DNA of 64,000 bases from an uncultured Candidatus Rokubacteria bacterium (lineage in GTDB: Bacteria; Methylomirabilota; Methylomirabilia; Rokubacteriales; CSP1-6), in contig CAVWFS010000018.1 of assembly GCA_963754315.1 (NCBI GenBank), forward strand, positions 480,001-544,000, in the 5' to 3' direction. Position numbers and translations under genes: made by a program. The notes under the pieces are model-generated. The model saw nothing but the letters and a program-made list of their open reading frames with translations, was not told the origin of the DNA and did not search any database. How positions within the stretch are numbered: position 1 is the stretch's first letter; the number at the start of each line of letters is the position of its first letter. This document shows, one piece after another, positions 11,915 through 21,117 of this stretch.

Positions 11915-12804
11915 AGCGGCGCCTCCTGGCCAGCGGACTCCTCCCCCTCATCCTCACCGCCCATGTCGTCGCCGCCTGGTCGTTCAACGGAGACTCGGCC
12001 ATGGTCCACGTGGAGCGCCTGGTCGCCATCGGCCCTCGCGTAGCCGGCTCGGCCGGAGGGGCCAAGGCGCGTGACTATATCGTTCGTGAGCTCAAGAAGG
12101 CCGGCCTCGAGGTCCGCGTGGAGCCGTTCGAGGCCGACACTCCGCAGGGGCGACTCCGGATGGCCAACGTCGTGGCCATCATTCCCGGCCGGCGGGCCGA
12201 CGTGATTCTCATCGGCGGCCACTACGATACCAAGTGGTTTAACGACCGCCATTTCCTGGGGGCCAACGATGGCGGTTCCAGCGCCGCCCTGCTCATCGAG
12301 CTGGCCAGACAGCTGGCCCGTACTCGGCAAGAGTTCACCTATTGGGTCGCCTTCTTCGACGGGGAAGAAGCGCGTCATTCGTGGACGGCCACCGATAGCC
12401 TCTATGGCTCACGCCGGATGGCGACCGACCTCGCACGGTCGCAACGCCTGCCCCGGGCGGTCATCGTGGTGGACATGATCGGCGACCGCGATCTCAACAT
12501 CCGGCGCGAGGCCTTCTCTACGGACGTGCTGACCGATCTCATCTGGCAGGCGGCAACGCGTCTGGGCTATCAACGACACTTCCTCTCCGCCTCCATCCCC
12601 GTCGAGGATGATCATGCGCCTTTCCTGCGGGCGGGGGTGCCATCCGCTCTCCTCATCGACTTCGACTATCCCCCGTGGCACACCGCTGACGACACGGTCG
12701 ACAAGGTTTCGCCACGGAGCCTCAAGGTGGTGGGGGACGTCCTCCTGGAGGCGCTCCCCACCGTCGAGCGCTGGCTGCTCGACTCCCCGCTTCGGCGTCC
12801 ATGA
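11911..12804 (+). CDS. exported M28 peptidase / glutaminyl cyclase-like protein (probable CTG start)
   Basis: GHYDTK, GANDGGS, FDGEE, DMIGD, EDDH, WHT; signal peptide in frame from CTG 11911 after GGAGG; first ATG is 12001. Confidence 0.85.
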   Translation: MKRRLLASGLLPLILTAHVVAAWSFNGDSAMVHVERLVAIGPRVAGSAGGAKARDYIVRELKKAGLEVRVEPFEADTPQGRLRMANVVAIIPGRRADVILIGGHYDTKWFNDRHFLGANDGGSSAALLIELARQLARTRQEFTYWVAFFDGEEARHSWTATDSLYGSRRMATDLARSQRLPRAVIVVDMIGDRDLNIRREAFSTDVLTDLIWQAATRLGYQRHFLSASIPVEDDHAPFLRAGVPSALLIDFDYPPWHTADDTVDKVSPRSLKVVGDVLLEALPTVERWLLDSPLRRP

Positions 12805-12807
12805 CGG

Positions 12808-12813
12808 TATAAT
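12808..12813 (+). promoter_or_regulatory. -10 box of a probable leaderless promoter
   Basis: TATAAT 6 nt before ATG 12820; no SD sequence. Confidence 0.6.
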
Positions 12814-12819
12814 CTGTCC

Positions 12820-13542
12820 ATGCCGCGCGTGCGGGAGATCGAAGAGCCCGGTGACGATCCCACCCTTCAAGAGCAGTTCGAGCGCGACCGTCAACTTTTC
12901 GGCTTCGTCCTCAATACCACCAAGGTCCAGGCTCATTGCCCACCCATTCTGAAGGCCGCCAAGCAGCTCTCCGCGGCGATGGAGAGATCGGGCCAGCTCC
13001 CCGCCGAGCTGCTCGCCCTCGTCTATCTCCGGGTGGCACAGATCAACGGCTGCCCCTTCTGAATGGACATCAATGCATCCCGGGGGATGCAGGCGGGGGC
13101 GTCGCACGATAAGATCAGCGAGGTCGCGGAGTTCGCCACGAGCCCGCTCTTCTCCGAGCGCGAGCGGACCGCGTTGAGCCTCGCCGAGGCCATGACCATC
13201 ACCGGCCAGAAAGTGACCGAGGAGCTGTTTGCCCGCGTGCGCGCGAACTTCTCGGAAGCGGAGACCGTCGAACTGGCCGCGGCGGTGGCCGTCGAGAACT
13301 TCCGGAGCAAGTTCAACGTGGCCCTCGGCGTGGAGGCCCAGGGCTTGGCTGCGTCCTGCCGTAATTACAGGAAACGGCCGAGAGCCGCGAAGAGCATCGC
13401 GCACGCTCAGAGACGATTGAGTACCGCGGAGTACGACCGCTGCTCGCTTCACTCCCAACCGATGATCAAGACCTTCTCGGCCTCCGGCGTGGGTGTCCAT
13501 CTCTTGCCGGTACCGGGCCTCGAGCGATCTACTCCTCGATAG
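12820..13542 (+). CDS. AhpD/carboxymuconolactone decarboxylase-like selenoprotein (Sec at TGA 13060-13062)
   Basis: LRVAQINGCPF-TGA-MDINASRG is CxxU at the AhpD CxxC position; the domain continues in frame; true end may be TAA near 13364 if there is a small indel near 13347. Confidence 0.85.
13074..13091 (+). promoter_or_regulatory. putative bacterial SECIS hairpin
   Basis: TGCATCC-CGGG-GGATGCA, 7-bp stem starting 11 nt after the UGA, G-containing loop. Confidence 0.7.
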
Positions 13543-13933
13543 TCGCATCGGAAAACTCGGTCGGCTCGCTCTCCCAGGCTTCCTCCTGGGCTGCGATCTC
13601 CGCCGCCTGCTCGGCGCTCAACAGCTGCTTGTACGTGGCGTACTGGCTGCGGCTGCCCACGTACACGCACTGGCAGCGGTCAGGTTCGGCGTACGCGTAG
13701 ACGATGCCGCCGCTCTTGCGCTTCCACGGGACGACCTTGTACGGCGTGAGCGTGTTCAGTCTCGCCACCCGCCCCGGCGTGTCGGCCTTCAGGACCTTGA
13801 ATCCCGCCTGCGTCAACAAGCTCGTGGTCTCCGGGGCTCGGTCGCGTCGGATCGCAGTGCATCCGCCCATGATGCTCACCGCGACGATCACGATCGCTGA
13901 GAGCCCGATCCTCGTCCAAGACGCGTGTCCCAT
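13529..13933 (-). CDS. putative lipoprotein
   Basis: hydrophobic signal ending IMGG-C; CQCVYVG motif; GGGAG RBS. Confidence 0.75.
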   Translation of the reverse strand: MGHASWTRIGLSAIVIVAVSIMGGCTAIRRDRAPETTSLLTQAGFKVLKADTPGRVARLNTLTPYKVVPWKRKSGGIVYAYAEPDRCQCVYVGSRSQYATYKQLLSAEQAAEIAAQEEAWESEPTEFSDATIEE

Positions 13934-14019
13934 GGTCTCCCTCGCGCGCCGAAGGCGTGCCTCTGACGTGCGTTGCGGTCAAACACCGCTACCGCAACGT
14001 TTCTCGCCCTCGGCGAGAG

Positions 14020-14361
14020 TTAGGGCCTGGAGGTGTCGCCGACGAAGTTGACGGGCTCTTGGCCGCTGACGACATCGGGACTGATAACCCAGGTTCCCCG
14101 GCAGCTCGCGCCCACAACCTTCCCGGCCCTATCCGTCCCGAACGGCAGAACCGCGACGCTGGTGAGGGCACCCAGGATGCAAAACGTCGCCTTGACGGGA
14201 GCATAGACGAGGGTTCCCAGCACGCTGCCCATGCCGTACCCGACCTGCGCGGGTGTAGTCTCCGCCTTCGTGGATGCCGATCCACTCACTATCTGGGCCG
14301 AACTCGGCGCCCCGAGGCCGACGAGAAGCAACCCCAGCACCACCGCCACGAACCTTGTCAC
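14020..14361 (-). CDS. hypothetical exported/membrane protein
   Basis: signal peptide VTRFVAVVLGLLLVGLGAPSSA; two Cys; second hydrophobic segment. Confidence 0.65.
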   Translation of the reverse strand: MTRFVAVVLGLLLVGLGAPSSAQIVSGSASTKAETTPAQVGYGMGSVLGTLVYAPVKATFCILGALTSVAVLPFGTDRAGKVVGASCRGTWVISPDVVSGQEPVNFVGDTSRP

Positions 14362-14468
14362 GGCGTTCCCGCCCGTCCCACCCTGGCCATTGCCGAATGG
14401 TAACGGAAGGCCGCAGGGTTCGCTAGGATTCGGCGGGAGGGGGCTAGAGTCCATTCGAACTTCCCGAT

Positions 14469-15962
14469 CTACGGGTCCGCCCATCCCTTGGCGCGCTCGA
14501 CCGCACGTCGCCATCGGGTCAATCGCGCCTCGCGCTCGGCCGCGGGCATCCGGGGAACGAACGTCCGGTCGACCTGGCTGCGGCCGGCAAGATCGGCGAT
14601 CCCGCGCCAGAGGTTCACGCCAAGCCCGGCGAGGTAGGCGGCGCCGAGCGCCGTCGTTTCGGTGACCGCTGGTCGCTGAACGACCACACCGAGAACGTCC
14701 GCTTGGAACTGGAGGAGCAGGTCGCTGGCAGCGGCACCTCCATCGACGCGCAGCTCGGTCACGGACGTTCCCGAATCAGCCACCATCGCTTCCAGAACGT
14801 CGGCGACCTGATAGGCAATACTCTCGAGCACGGCCCGGGCAAGGTGAGCCGCTGTGGTACCACGCGTGATGCCCACAAGGCAGCCGCGCGCGTAGGGATC
14901 CCAGTGCGGGGCGCCGAGACCCGTGAAGGCCGGGACCAAATAGACGCCGCCCGCGTCGGGAACACTGGCGGCCAGATTGTTGATCTCGGGCGCGGAACGG
15001 ATGAGACCCAAACCATCGCGGAGCCATTGGATGGCCGCTCCGCCGACGAAGACGCTACCCTCGAGGGCATACTCACGAGGCTGACTTCCGAGCTGCCAGG
15101 CCACCGTGGTCAGCAGACCGTGGCGACTCGCGACCGGCTCCCGCCCAGTGTGCATCAGCATGAAGCAACCGGTGCCATACGTGTTCTTCACCATCCCGGG
15201 TTGGCCACAGAGCTGACCGCACAGCGCCGCCTGCTGATCGCCGGCCACGCCGGCCACGGGGATCGAGCGCCCCAGGAGAGCGGGATCGGTCTCGGCCACC
15301 ACACCACTGCTGGGGCGGATCTCGGGCAGGAGCCCCCCCGGCACCTTGAATAGCTCGAGAAGCGTGTCGTCCCAGCACGCTCGTCGGATGTCGCACAGCA
15401 TCGTGCGCGAGGCGTTACTCACATCGGTGACATGGACGGCGCCCGCCGAGAGGCGATTGATGAGCCAGGTGTCGACCGTTCCCACCGCCAGCTCGCCACG
15501 CTCAGCGCGCGCCCGAGCGTCCGGGACATGATCGAGGAGCCAGGTAATCTTGCTGCCCGAGAAGTACGGGTCGAGCACCAGTCCCGTCCGCTCGCGGATC
15601 AGGGGCTCGTAGCCTGCGCGACGCATGTCTTCTAGGAGCGACGCTGTGCGGCGGTCCTGCCAGACGATGGCGCGGTGAATGGGACGCCCGCTCCGGCGCT
15701 CCCACATCACCACCGTCTCCCGCTGGTTGGTCAGCCCGATGGCCGCGATGTCGGCGGCGCCGACACCAGCTTCGCGCATGGCCTGCCGTGCGGTGTCGAG
15801 CTGGGTGGACCAAATCTCGTCGGGGTCGTGCTCCACGAGACCCGGGCTCGGATAGAACTGGGAGAGCTCACGCTGGGCCATGGCGGCCACGGCGCCCTCC
15901 TCGGTGAACACGATCGCGCGGGAACTGGTCGTTCCCTGATCGAGAGCCAGGAGGTAAGGCAT
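14469..15962 (-). CDS. glpK: glycerol kinase
   Basis: [44 protein letters not shown]. Confidence 0.96.
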   Translation of the reverse strand: MPYLLALDQGTTSSRAIVFTEEGAVAAMAQRELSQFYPSPGLVEHDPDEIWSTQLDTARQAMREAGVGAADIAAIGLTNQRETVVMWERRSGRPIHRAIVWQDRRTASLLEDMRRAGYEPLIRERTGLVLDPYFSGSKITWLLDHVPDARARAERGELAVGTVDTWLINRLSAGAVHVTDVSNASRTMLCDIRRACWDDTLLELFKVPGGLLPEIRPSSGVVAETDPALLGRSIPVAGVAGDQQAALCGQLCGQPGMVKNTYGTGCFMLMHTGREPVASRHGLLTTVAWQLGSQPREYALEGSVFVGGAAIQWLRDGLGLIRSAPEINNLAASVPDAGGVYLVPAFTGLGAPHWDPYARGCLVGITRGTTAAHLARAVLESIAYQVADVLEAMVADSGTSVTELRVDGGAAASDLLLQFQADVLGVVVQRPAVTETTALGAAYLAGLGVNLWRGIADLAGRSQVDRTFVPRMPAAEREARLTRWRRAVERAKGWADP

Positions 15963-16726
15963 CAGAGGGTGTAGGTCTTGTCCTGCTCCAGCAGCACGAG
16001 GCGACCAGCTCCCTCGATGCGCGACAGTTCCTCGGTGGTTTCCTCGTAGAACGGGGCCTTGATGTGGAAGATCCACACGGGCACATCGGGCGGAAGCTTG
16101 TCCAGCTCGCGCTGGATACGCTGGGGCGTCATGTGTTTGGCCACTTCGGCCAGCTTCTCCAACCGGTTCGGAAACGAACATTCCAGGATCACGGCCGCCA
16201 AGCCTTTGAGCTCACACGCCGCCTTCCAGATAGCACTCGTGGGACCGGTGTCGCCGGAGTAGACGAGACCCGTGTGGTCGTCCCGCACGATGAACCCTGC
16301 GGTCGGCACCGTGTGATTGACCGAGATGGGTGTGACCCACACATCGCCCACCCGCTGCTCGCGGCTCTCCGCCATGCTCTGATACGTGAGAACGGGCGCG
16401 TGGGGGGGAAGAGCCGCGAAGTCGGGCCAGACCACATTGTTGAAGACCGAGGTGCGCAAGGTGTCCACGACGGGTTCGATGCTCGTGACGTTGACAGGGC
16501 GGGCCGCCTCGACACAGGCCAGGGTCTCGGCCAGGAAGGCGAGGCCAACCGTGTGGTCGAGATGCGAGTGCGAGATGACGGCGTGCTCGATGGCGAACTG
16601 CTCGGGCACCGTAAGCGCTCCCGGTACGGTGCCGGCGTCGATGAGGATGCGATTGTTCACGAGGAACGCCGAGGGACGCTGACGGAGGCCCACGCTGCCG
16701 TAGCCGCCCAGAACCCGAAAGTTCAT
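15962..16726 (-). CDS. class II 3',5'-cyclic nucleotide phosphodiesterase-like metallo-beta-lactamase
   Basis: [44 protein letters not shown]. Confidence 0.85.
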   Translation of the reverse strand: MNFRVLGGYGSVGLRQRPSAFLVNNRILIDAGTVPGALTVPEQFAIEHAVISHSHLDHTVGLAFLAETLACVEAARPVNVTSIEPVVDTLRTSVFNNVVWPDFAALPPHAPVLTYQSMAESREQRVGDVWVTPISVNHTVPTAGFIVRDDHTGLVYSGDTGPTSAIWKAACELKGLAAVILECSFPNRLEKLAEVAKHMTPQRIQRELDKLPPDVPVWIFHIKAPFYEETTEELSRIEGAGRLVLLEQDKTYTL

Positions 16727-16782
16727 CTGGCGCCGAATCCTAGCAGGTTGCCGCCCTCTGCGCCATGTGCTAGAACACGCGC

Positions 16783-17460
16783 ATGAGTGCGGAGACGTTC
16801 GATTTTCCCGCGATGGCGCGGGCGCTCATCCTGGGAGACAAGGACACCGTGGCCCGCAAGACGCGCGAGGGCCTCGACGCCGCCATGGACCCCAAAGAGC
16901 TGATCTTCAAGGGACTCATCCCGGGCATGGACGTGGTCGGTGAGAAGTTTCGTCGCAACGAATACTATGTGCCACAAGTGCTGCTTTCCGCGCGGGCCAT
17001 GTACGCCGGCCTCGACCTCCTGAAGCCGCTCATCACGGCCGCCGCCAAGGGCGACGACTACCTTGGGGTGGTGGTGATCGGTACAGCCCAGGGGGACCTG
17101 CACGATATTGGTAAGAATCTGGTCGCCATGATGCTGGAAGGGGCAGGGTTCAAGGTCGTGAATCTCGGCCGCGACGTGGCCCCGGAGAAGTTCGTAGAGG
17201 CGGTGACCGAACATCGGGCGAATATTGTCGGGATTTCCGCCCTCATGACCACCACCATGCCGGCCATGAAGCGGACCATCGACGCTCTCGTCAAGGCCGG
17301 CCTCCGTGAGCAGGTGAAGGTGATGATCGGAGGCGCGCCCGTCAGCCAGGCCTTCGCCGACGAAATCGGAGCCGATGGCTACGCCAGGGACTCCACCCTG
17401 GCGGTGATCAAGGCCAAAGTCCTGATGCGCGTGGAGGAGCCGACGGAGGCCGTCCGGTGA
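16783..17460 (+). CDS. corrinoid (cobalamin-binding) protein
   Basis: cap domain plus GDLHDIGKN (DxHxxG), GISAL, IGGAP. Confidence 0.93.
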   Translation: MSAETFDFPAMARALILGDKDTVARKTREGLDAAMDPKELIFKGLIPGMDVVGEKFRRNEYYVPQVLLSARAMYAGLDLLKPLITAAAKGDDYLGVVVIGTAQGDLHDIGKNLVAMMLEGAGFKVVNLGRDVAPEKFVEAVTEHRANIVGISALMTTTMPAMKRTIDALVKAGLREQVKVMIGGAPVSQAFADEIGADGYARDSTLAVIKAKVLMRVEEPTEAVR

Positions 17461-18374
17461 GGGCGCGAGGGTGGGAGGTCCTCGAGCGTGTCAAAGCCGG
17501 TGAGGTCCTCCTCTTCGACGGTGGATACGGGACCATGCTCTTCGCGGCGGGTTTGCTGAACGGGGCCTGCCCCGAGGCCTGGAACGACACCCATCCCGAC
17601 GTGGTTCGTGGAATCCACCAGGGGTATTTCGAGGCCGGAAGCCACATCGTCGAGACGAATACCTTCGGCGGCACCCGGCTCAAACTCAAAGAGTACGGGA
17701 TCGGAGACCGCACGCGCGAGCTGAACGAGAAGGGCGTGCGATTGGCCCGCGCCGCGGCCCCCACTGACCGCTTCGTGGCCGGTTCCATCGGCCCCACGAG
17801 CTGCGTGCCTGCCGAGTTCGGCGTGGGGGATAACGTCGCCACCGACGACGAGTATTCCGAGAGCTTTCGCGAGCAGGCGGAAGCCCTGGCTGAAGGGGGC
17901 GTCGATCTGTTCGCGGTCGAGACGATGATGTTTCCGCAGGAGGCGACGGCCGCCATCTGTGCCTGCAAGGCGGCCGCCGATCTGCCCGTCATGGCCACCA
18001 TGTTCTTCCAGTTCGAGGAGCTCCACGATCGCGACCGGACCATGTGGGGGGAGAGCCCAGCCGAGGTCGCCAAGAACCTCATGGCCGCTGGCGCCGATAT
18101 CGTCGGCATGAACTGTGGCCGGGGCCCCGACCGTGCCATCGTGATCATCCGTGAGATGCGCCAGGTCGCTGACACGCCCCTGATCGCGTACCCCAACGCA
18201 GGTCTACCTGTTACCAAGGGCGACCACGTGGAGTACGAGCTCGGACCGGAGGAGATGGCTCGAGAGTATCCGGCCCTTCTCGACGCCGGCTGCAACATCG
18301 TCGGGGCGTGCTGCGGCTCCAATCCCGAGCACATCCGTCGCATTGCCGAGGTCGTGCGCGCGCGAGCGAAGTAG
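17457..18374 (+). CDS. homocysteine S-methyltransferase family protein (stand-alone MetH Hcy domain)
   Basis: FDGGYGT, ETNTFG, GSIGP, GMNC, YPNAG, GACCGS. Confidence 0.92.
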   Translation: MRARGWEVLERVKAGEVLLFDGGYGTMLFAAGLLNGACPEAWNDTHPDVVRGIHQGYFEAGSHIVETNTFGGTRLKLKEYGIGDRTRELNEKGVRLARAAAPTDRFVAGSIGPTSCVPAEFGVGDNVATDDEYSESFREQAEALAEGGVDLFAVETMMFPQEATAAICACKAAADLPVMATMFFQFEELHDRDRTMWGESPAEVAKNLMAAGADIVGMNCGRGPDRAIVIIREMRQVADTPLIAYPNAGLPVTKGDHVEYELGPEEMAREYPALLDAGCNIVGACCGSNPEHIRRIAEVVRARAK

Positions 18375-19179
18375 GGCCGCCCTGGACGACGAGACACCGC
18401 GGGTTCTTTCCGACATCGCGCTCGACATCGATCCCGCCGACGTCCTGCGCTTCCAGGGCTACAAGGCGGGGGCGGCGCCGCCCGGACCCGACGTCGTAGC
18501 CCTCTTCGACGAGGCCCTGGCCCTCGGACGGCGCCTCATGTCGCCGCGTGCTGTCGTTCGCTGGCTGCCCGTCACGAGCACGCGTCATGACGAGCTGGAC
18601 GTCGCCGGTGAAGCGCTCCATGTGCCGGGCATCGGCACACGGTGGGGCCCGATCGAGTTCGCGGCAGTGGCCCTGTGTACTGTTGGCGAGGCCGTGGAGC
18701 AGCGGGTTGCCTGGTTGTGGGAAGCGCGCGAACTGCCTCTGGCCTCCATGCTGGACAGCGTGGGCTCGGGCGCCACCGAGAGCCTCGCCGAATATGTGAA
18801 CGACGTGCTCTGCCAGGAGGGTCTGGCGTCGGGCCTACGAGTCACGAACCGGATCAGCCCCGGCTACCGCCCCTGGGACGTCGCCGAGCAGCAGACGCTC
18901 TTCCGGCTCTGCCCCGGTGTTTCCATTGGAATCACCCTCAACGACGCGTGCTTCATGACACCCGGCAAGAGCATCTCGTTCCTGGTGGGCGCCGGCCTGC
19001 ACGCTCGTGTCGATGACTATTTCAGCCAGTGCGCGCGTTGCTGGATGACCGCCTGTGCCTTCCGGCGGGCTCCAGTCGGCCGGGTCGTTAGGTTGGGGGG
19101 CCTCGAAGGGCCCCCCAAACCCCCCGGGCGCTCGGAGCACCCCGCGGGGGACCCGTGGCGCTCCTCGGGGGGTACGTGA
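18343..19179 (+). CDS. stand-alone B12 methionine synthase activation-domain-like protein (start uncertain)
   Basis: CTVG, LDSVGS, RISPGY..W, MTPGKSIS, CxxCxxxxC; in operon with the corrinoid and Hcy-MT genes. Confidence 0.8.
   Translation: MPRSCARERSRAALDDETPRVLSDIALDIDPADVLRFQGYKAGAAPPGPDVVALFDEALALGRRLMSPRAVVRWLPVTSTRHDELDVAGEALHVPGIGTRWGPIEFAAVALCTVGEAVEQRVAWLWEARELPLASMLDSVGSGATESLAEYVNDVLCQEGLASGLRVTNRISPGYRPWDVAEQQTLFRLCPGVSIGITLNDACFMTPGKSISFLVGAGLHARVDDYFSQCARCWMTACAFRRAPVGRVVRLGGLEGPPKPPGRSEHPAGDPWRSSGGT
19093..19167 (+). repeat. palindromic repeat family, copy B (full length)
   Basis: TTGGGGGGCCTCGAAGGGCCCCCCAA followed by GCTCGGA...GGGGGACCC...CTCCTCG second hairpin. Confidence 0.8.
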
Positions 19180-19240
19180 GGCGTTGGGGCCTCGACGGGG
19201 CTCCGTAGGCCGGTCAGGGCGATCTGGTAGCATGCAAGCG

Positions 19241-19768
19241 ATGTCTGCCGCGGACAACGTCATCCTGGTTGGCTTCATGGGAGCGGGGAAGTCCTCGGTG
19301 GGCCGCCTCCTGGCGCGCCACCTTGGACGGTGCCTGGTAGAAACGGACGACATGATCACCGCGGGTGAAGGCCGCACCATCGCCGAGATCTTTCGTAGCG
19401 ACGGTGAGGTGCGGTTCCGCGAGCTCGAAGCTGAAGTCCTGGACGCCCTGGCCCTCAAGTCCGGAGAGGTCATTGCCACCGGCGGGGGCTTTCCCTGCCG
19501 AGGCGACCGCATGACCAGACTACGCGGTCTGGGGACTGTGATCTGGCTGAAGAGCGACCTCACGGTGGTGTACGAACGGGCTCGGCGGTCTGGGGTCCGT
19601 CCCATGCTGGCCGGCCGTTCCCTAGCGGAGATCGAGGATCTCTACCACCAGCGCGAGCCCTACTATTCGCAGGCGCACATCACCATTGACACCACCGGGC
19701 TTGGCGTGGATCAGGTCGTTGCGCGCGCGGTGTCGATGTTCCGGAGGACGCATGCCGCCCGCCCTTGA
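19241..19768 (+). CDS. aroK: shikimate kinase
   Basis: LVGFMGAGKSS, FRELE, IATGGG, RPML. Confidence 0.95.
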   Translation: MSAADNVILVGFMGAGKSSVGRLLARHLGRCLVETDDMITAGEGRTIAEIFRSDGEVRFRELEAEVLDALALKSGEVIATGGGFPCRGDRMTRLRGLGTVIWLKSDLTVVYERARRSGVRPMLAGRSLAEIEDLYHQREPYYSQAHITIDTTGLGVDQVVARAVSMFRRTHAARP

Positions 19769-21068
19769 CCGTGAGCCCGCATTCCTCGGAGCCGCCGCGA
19801 GTGCCCGCCTCGTGCGCGACGGGACATTGTCGCCGGTCGCGCTCGTGGACAGTTGTCTGGCTCGCATCCGGGCCCTGGACGGCGATCTGCAGGCCTGGGT
19901 GCACGTCGATGAAGTCGGAGTGCGGGCGGCTGCTCGGCAAGCCGAGCAGGAGGTAAAGGCCGGTCGCCTACGAGGTGTTCTGCACGGTATCCCGGTCGGC
20001 ATCAAGGACATCATTCACGTGGCCAAGATGCCCACGCGAGCGGGTGCCGCATTCGCACACTCGGTGCCGGCCCACGACGCTGCCGTGGTGACCCGACTGA
20101 GGGCGGCCGGAGCCGTGATACTTGGCAAGACTCACACCACGCAGTTCGCCCTCCGCGATCCTGCGCCCACCCGCAATCCTTGGAATCGCGAGCACACGCC
20201 GGGAGGCTCATCGGCAGGTTCGGCCGCCGCAGTCGCCGCGCGCATGATTCCCCTCGCCCTCGGAACCCAGACCGTGGGATCGGTGCTGAGACCGGCCGCC
20301 TATTGCGGCGTTATCGGCTACAAGGGGACGTACGGGCTCGTCCCTCTCGATGGGGTGATCCCCCTGGCGTGGTCGTACGACCACGTCGGGGTGTTCGGGC
20401 GGTCGATAGAGGACGCGGCTCTGGCCTTCGAAGTTCTGATGGGCGAGAGCATGCGGATCGCCGCGCCGTCGCAGGCGCCCCGGATTGCCCTGGCGCCTGA
20501 ACTGCTGGCGGTTGCACAGCCTGACGTTGCTGCGCAGGTCACGGCGACGGCCGAGGCTTTCGCCCGGGCCGGCGCCAAGGTGACCGAGATAAAGCTTCCG
20601 GCGTCGTACGCCGGGCTCCACGCCGCCGGCCAGGTCGTGCTGGAAGCCGAAGCGGCTGCCTTTCATGCCGACATGTTTGCCCGCCACGCCGCGGACTACG
20701 CCCCCGGAATTCGAGGGACCGTGACGGCGGGCCTCGCCCATCCGGCGACAGCCTACATCGTCGCCAACCGCGCGCGCTTGCTATTCCGTACGGAGGTCAT
20801 GCCGCTCCTCGCAGCCCATGACGCTCTCTTGAGCCCGGTCGCACCATCTCCGGCACCCGCCGGACTGGGCTCGACGGGTGATCCCTTATTGTGTGCAGCC
20901 TGGAGCTGGGCGGGAGTGCCAGCCGTGACGTTGCCGAGCGGACTCAGCGCTGGCCGGCTCCCGCACGCGGTCCAGCTGGTCCAGGCGGCGGGGGCGGATG
21001 CTCACCTGCTCAGTGTGGCCCTCTGGGGTGAGCGCGTGCTTGGCTTCTCCGCCGAGCCTCCCTCCTGA
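19752..21068 (+). CDS. amidase signature family enzyme
   Basis: GIPVGIKD, GKTHT, PGGSSAGS, GTQTVGSVLRPA. Confidence 0.93.
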   Translation: MPPALDREPAFLGAAASARLVRDGTLSPVALVDSCLARIRALDGDLQAWVHVDEVGVRAAARQAEQEVKAGRLRGVLHGIPVGIKDIIHVAKMPTRAGAAFAHSVPAHDAAVVTRLRAAGAVILGKTHTTQFALRDPAPTRNPWNREHTPGGSSAGSAAAVAARMIPLALGTQTVGSVLRPAAYCGVIGYKGTYGLVPLDGVIPLAWSYDHVGVFGRSIEDAALAFEVLMGESMRIAAPSQAPRIALAPELLAVAQPDVAAQVTATAEAFARAGAKVTEIKLPASYAGLHAAGQVVLEAEAAAFHADMFARHAADYAPGIRGTVTAGLAHPATAYIVANRARLLFRTEVMPLLAAHDALLSPVAPSPAPAGLGSTGDPLLCAAWSWAGVPAVTLPSGLSAGRLPHAVQLVQAAGADAHLLSVALWGERVLGFSAEPPS

Positions 21069-21117
21069 TGTGCCACGTAACGAGGGGCCGCGAGGCTGAT
21101 CCGACGAACGGCGGAGT

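Noticed and set aside
13365..13500. Possible tRNA-Sec or ncRNA next to the selenoprotein
   Set aside because: No cloverleaf or UCA anticodon arm found. It reads better as an indel-damaged small minus-strand membrane ORF (ending MLFAALGRFL), too uncertain to list.
13971..13999. Inverted repeat CGTTGCGGT-N11-ACCGCAACG
   Set aside because: Single occurrence; cannot distinguish terminator from operator.
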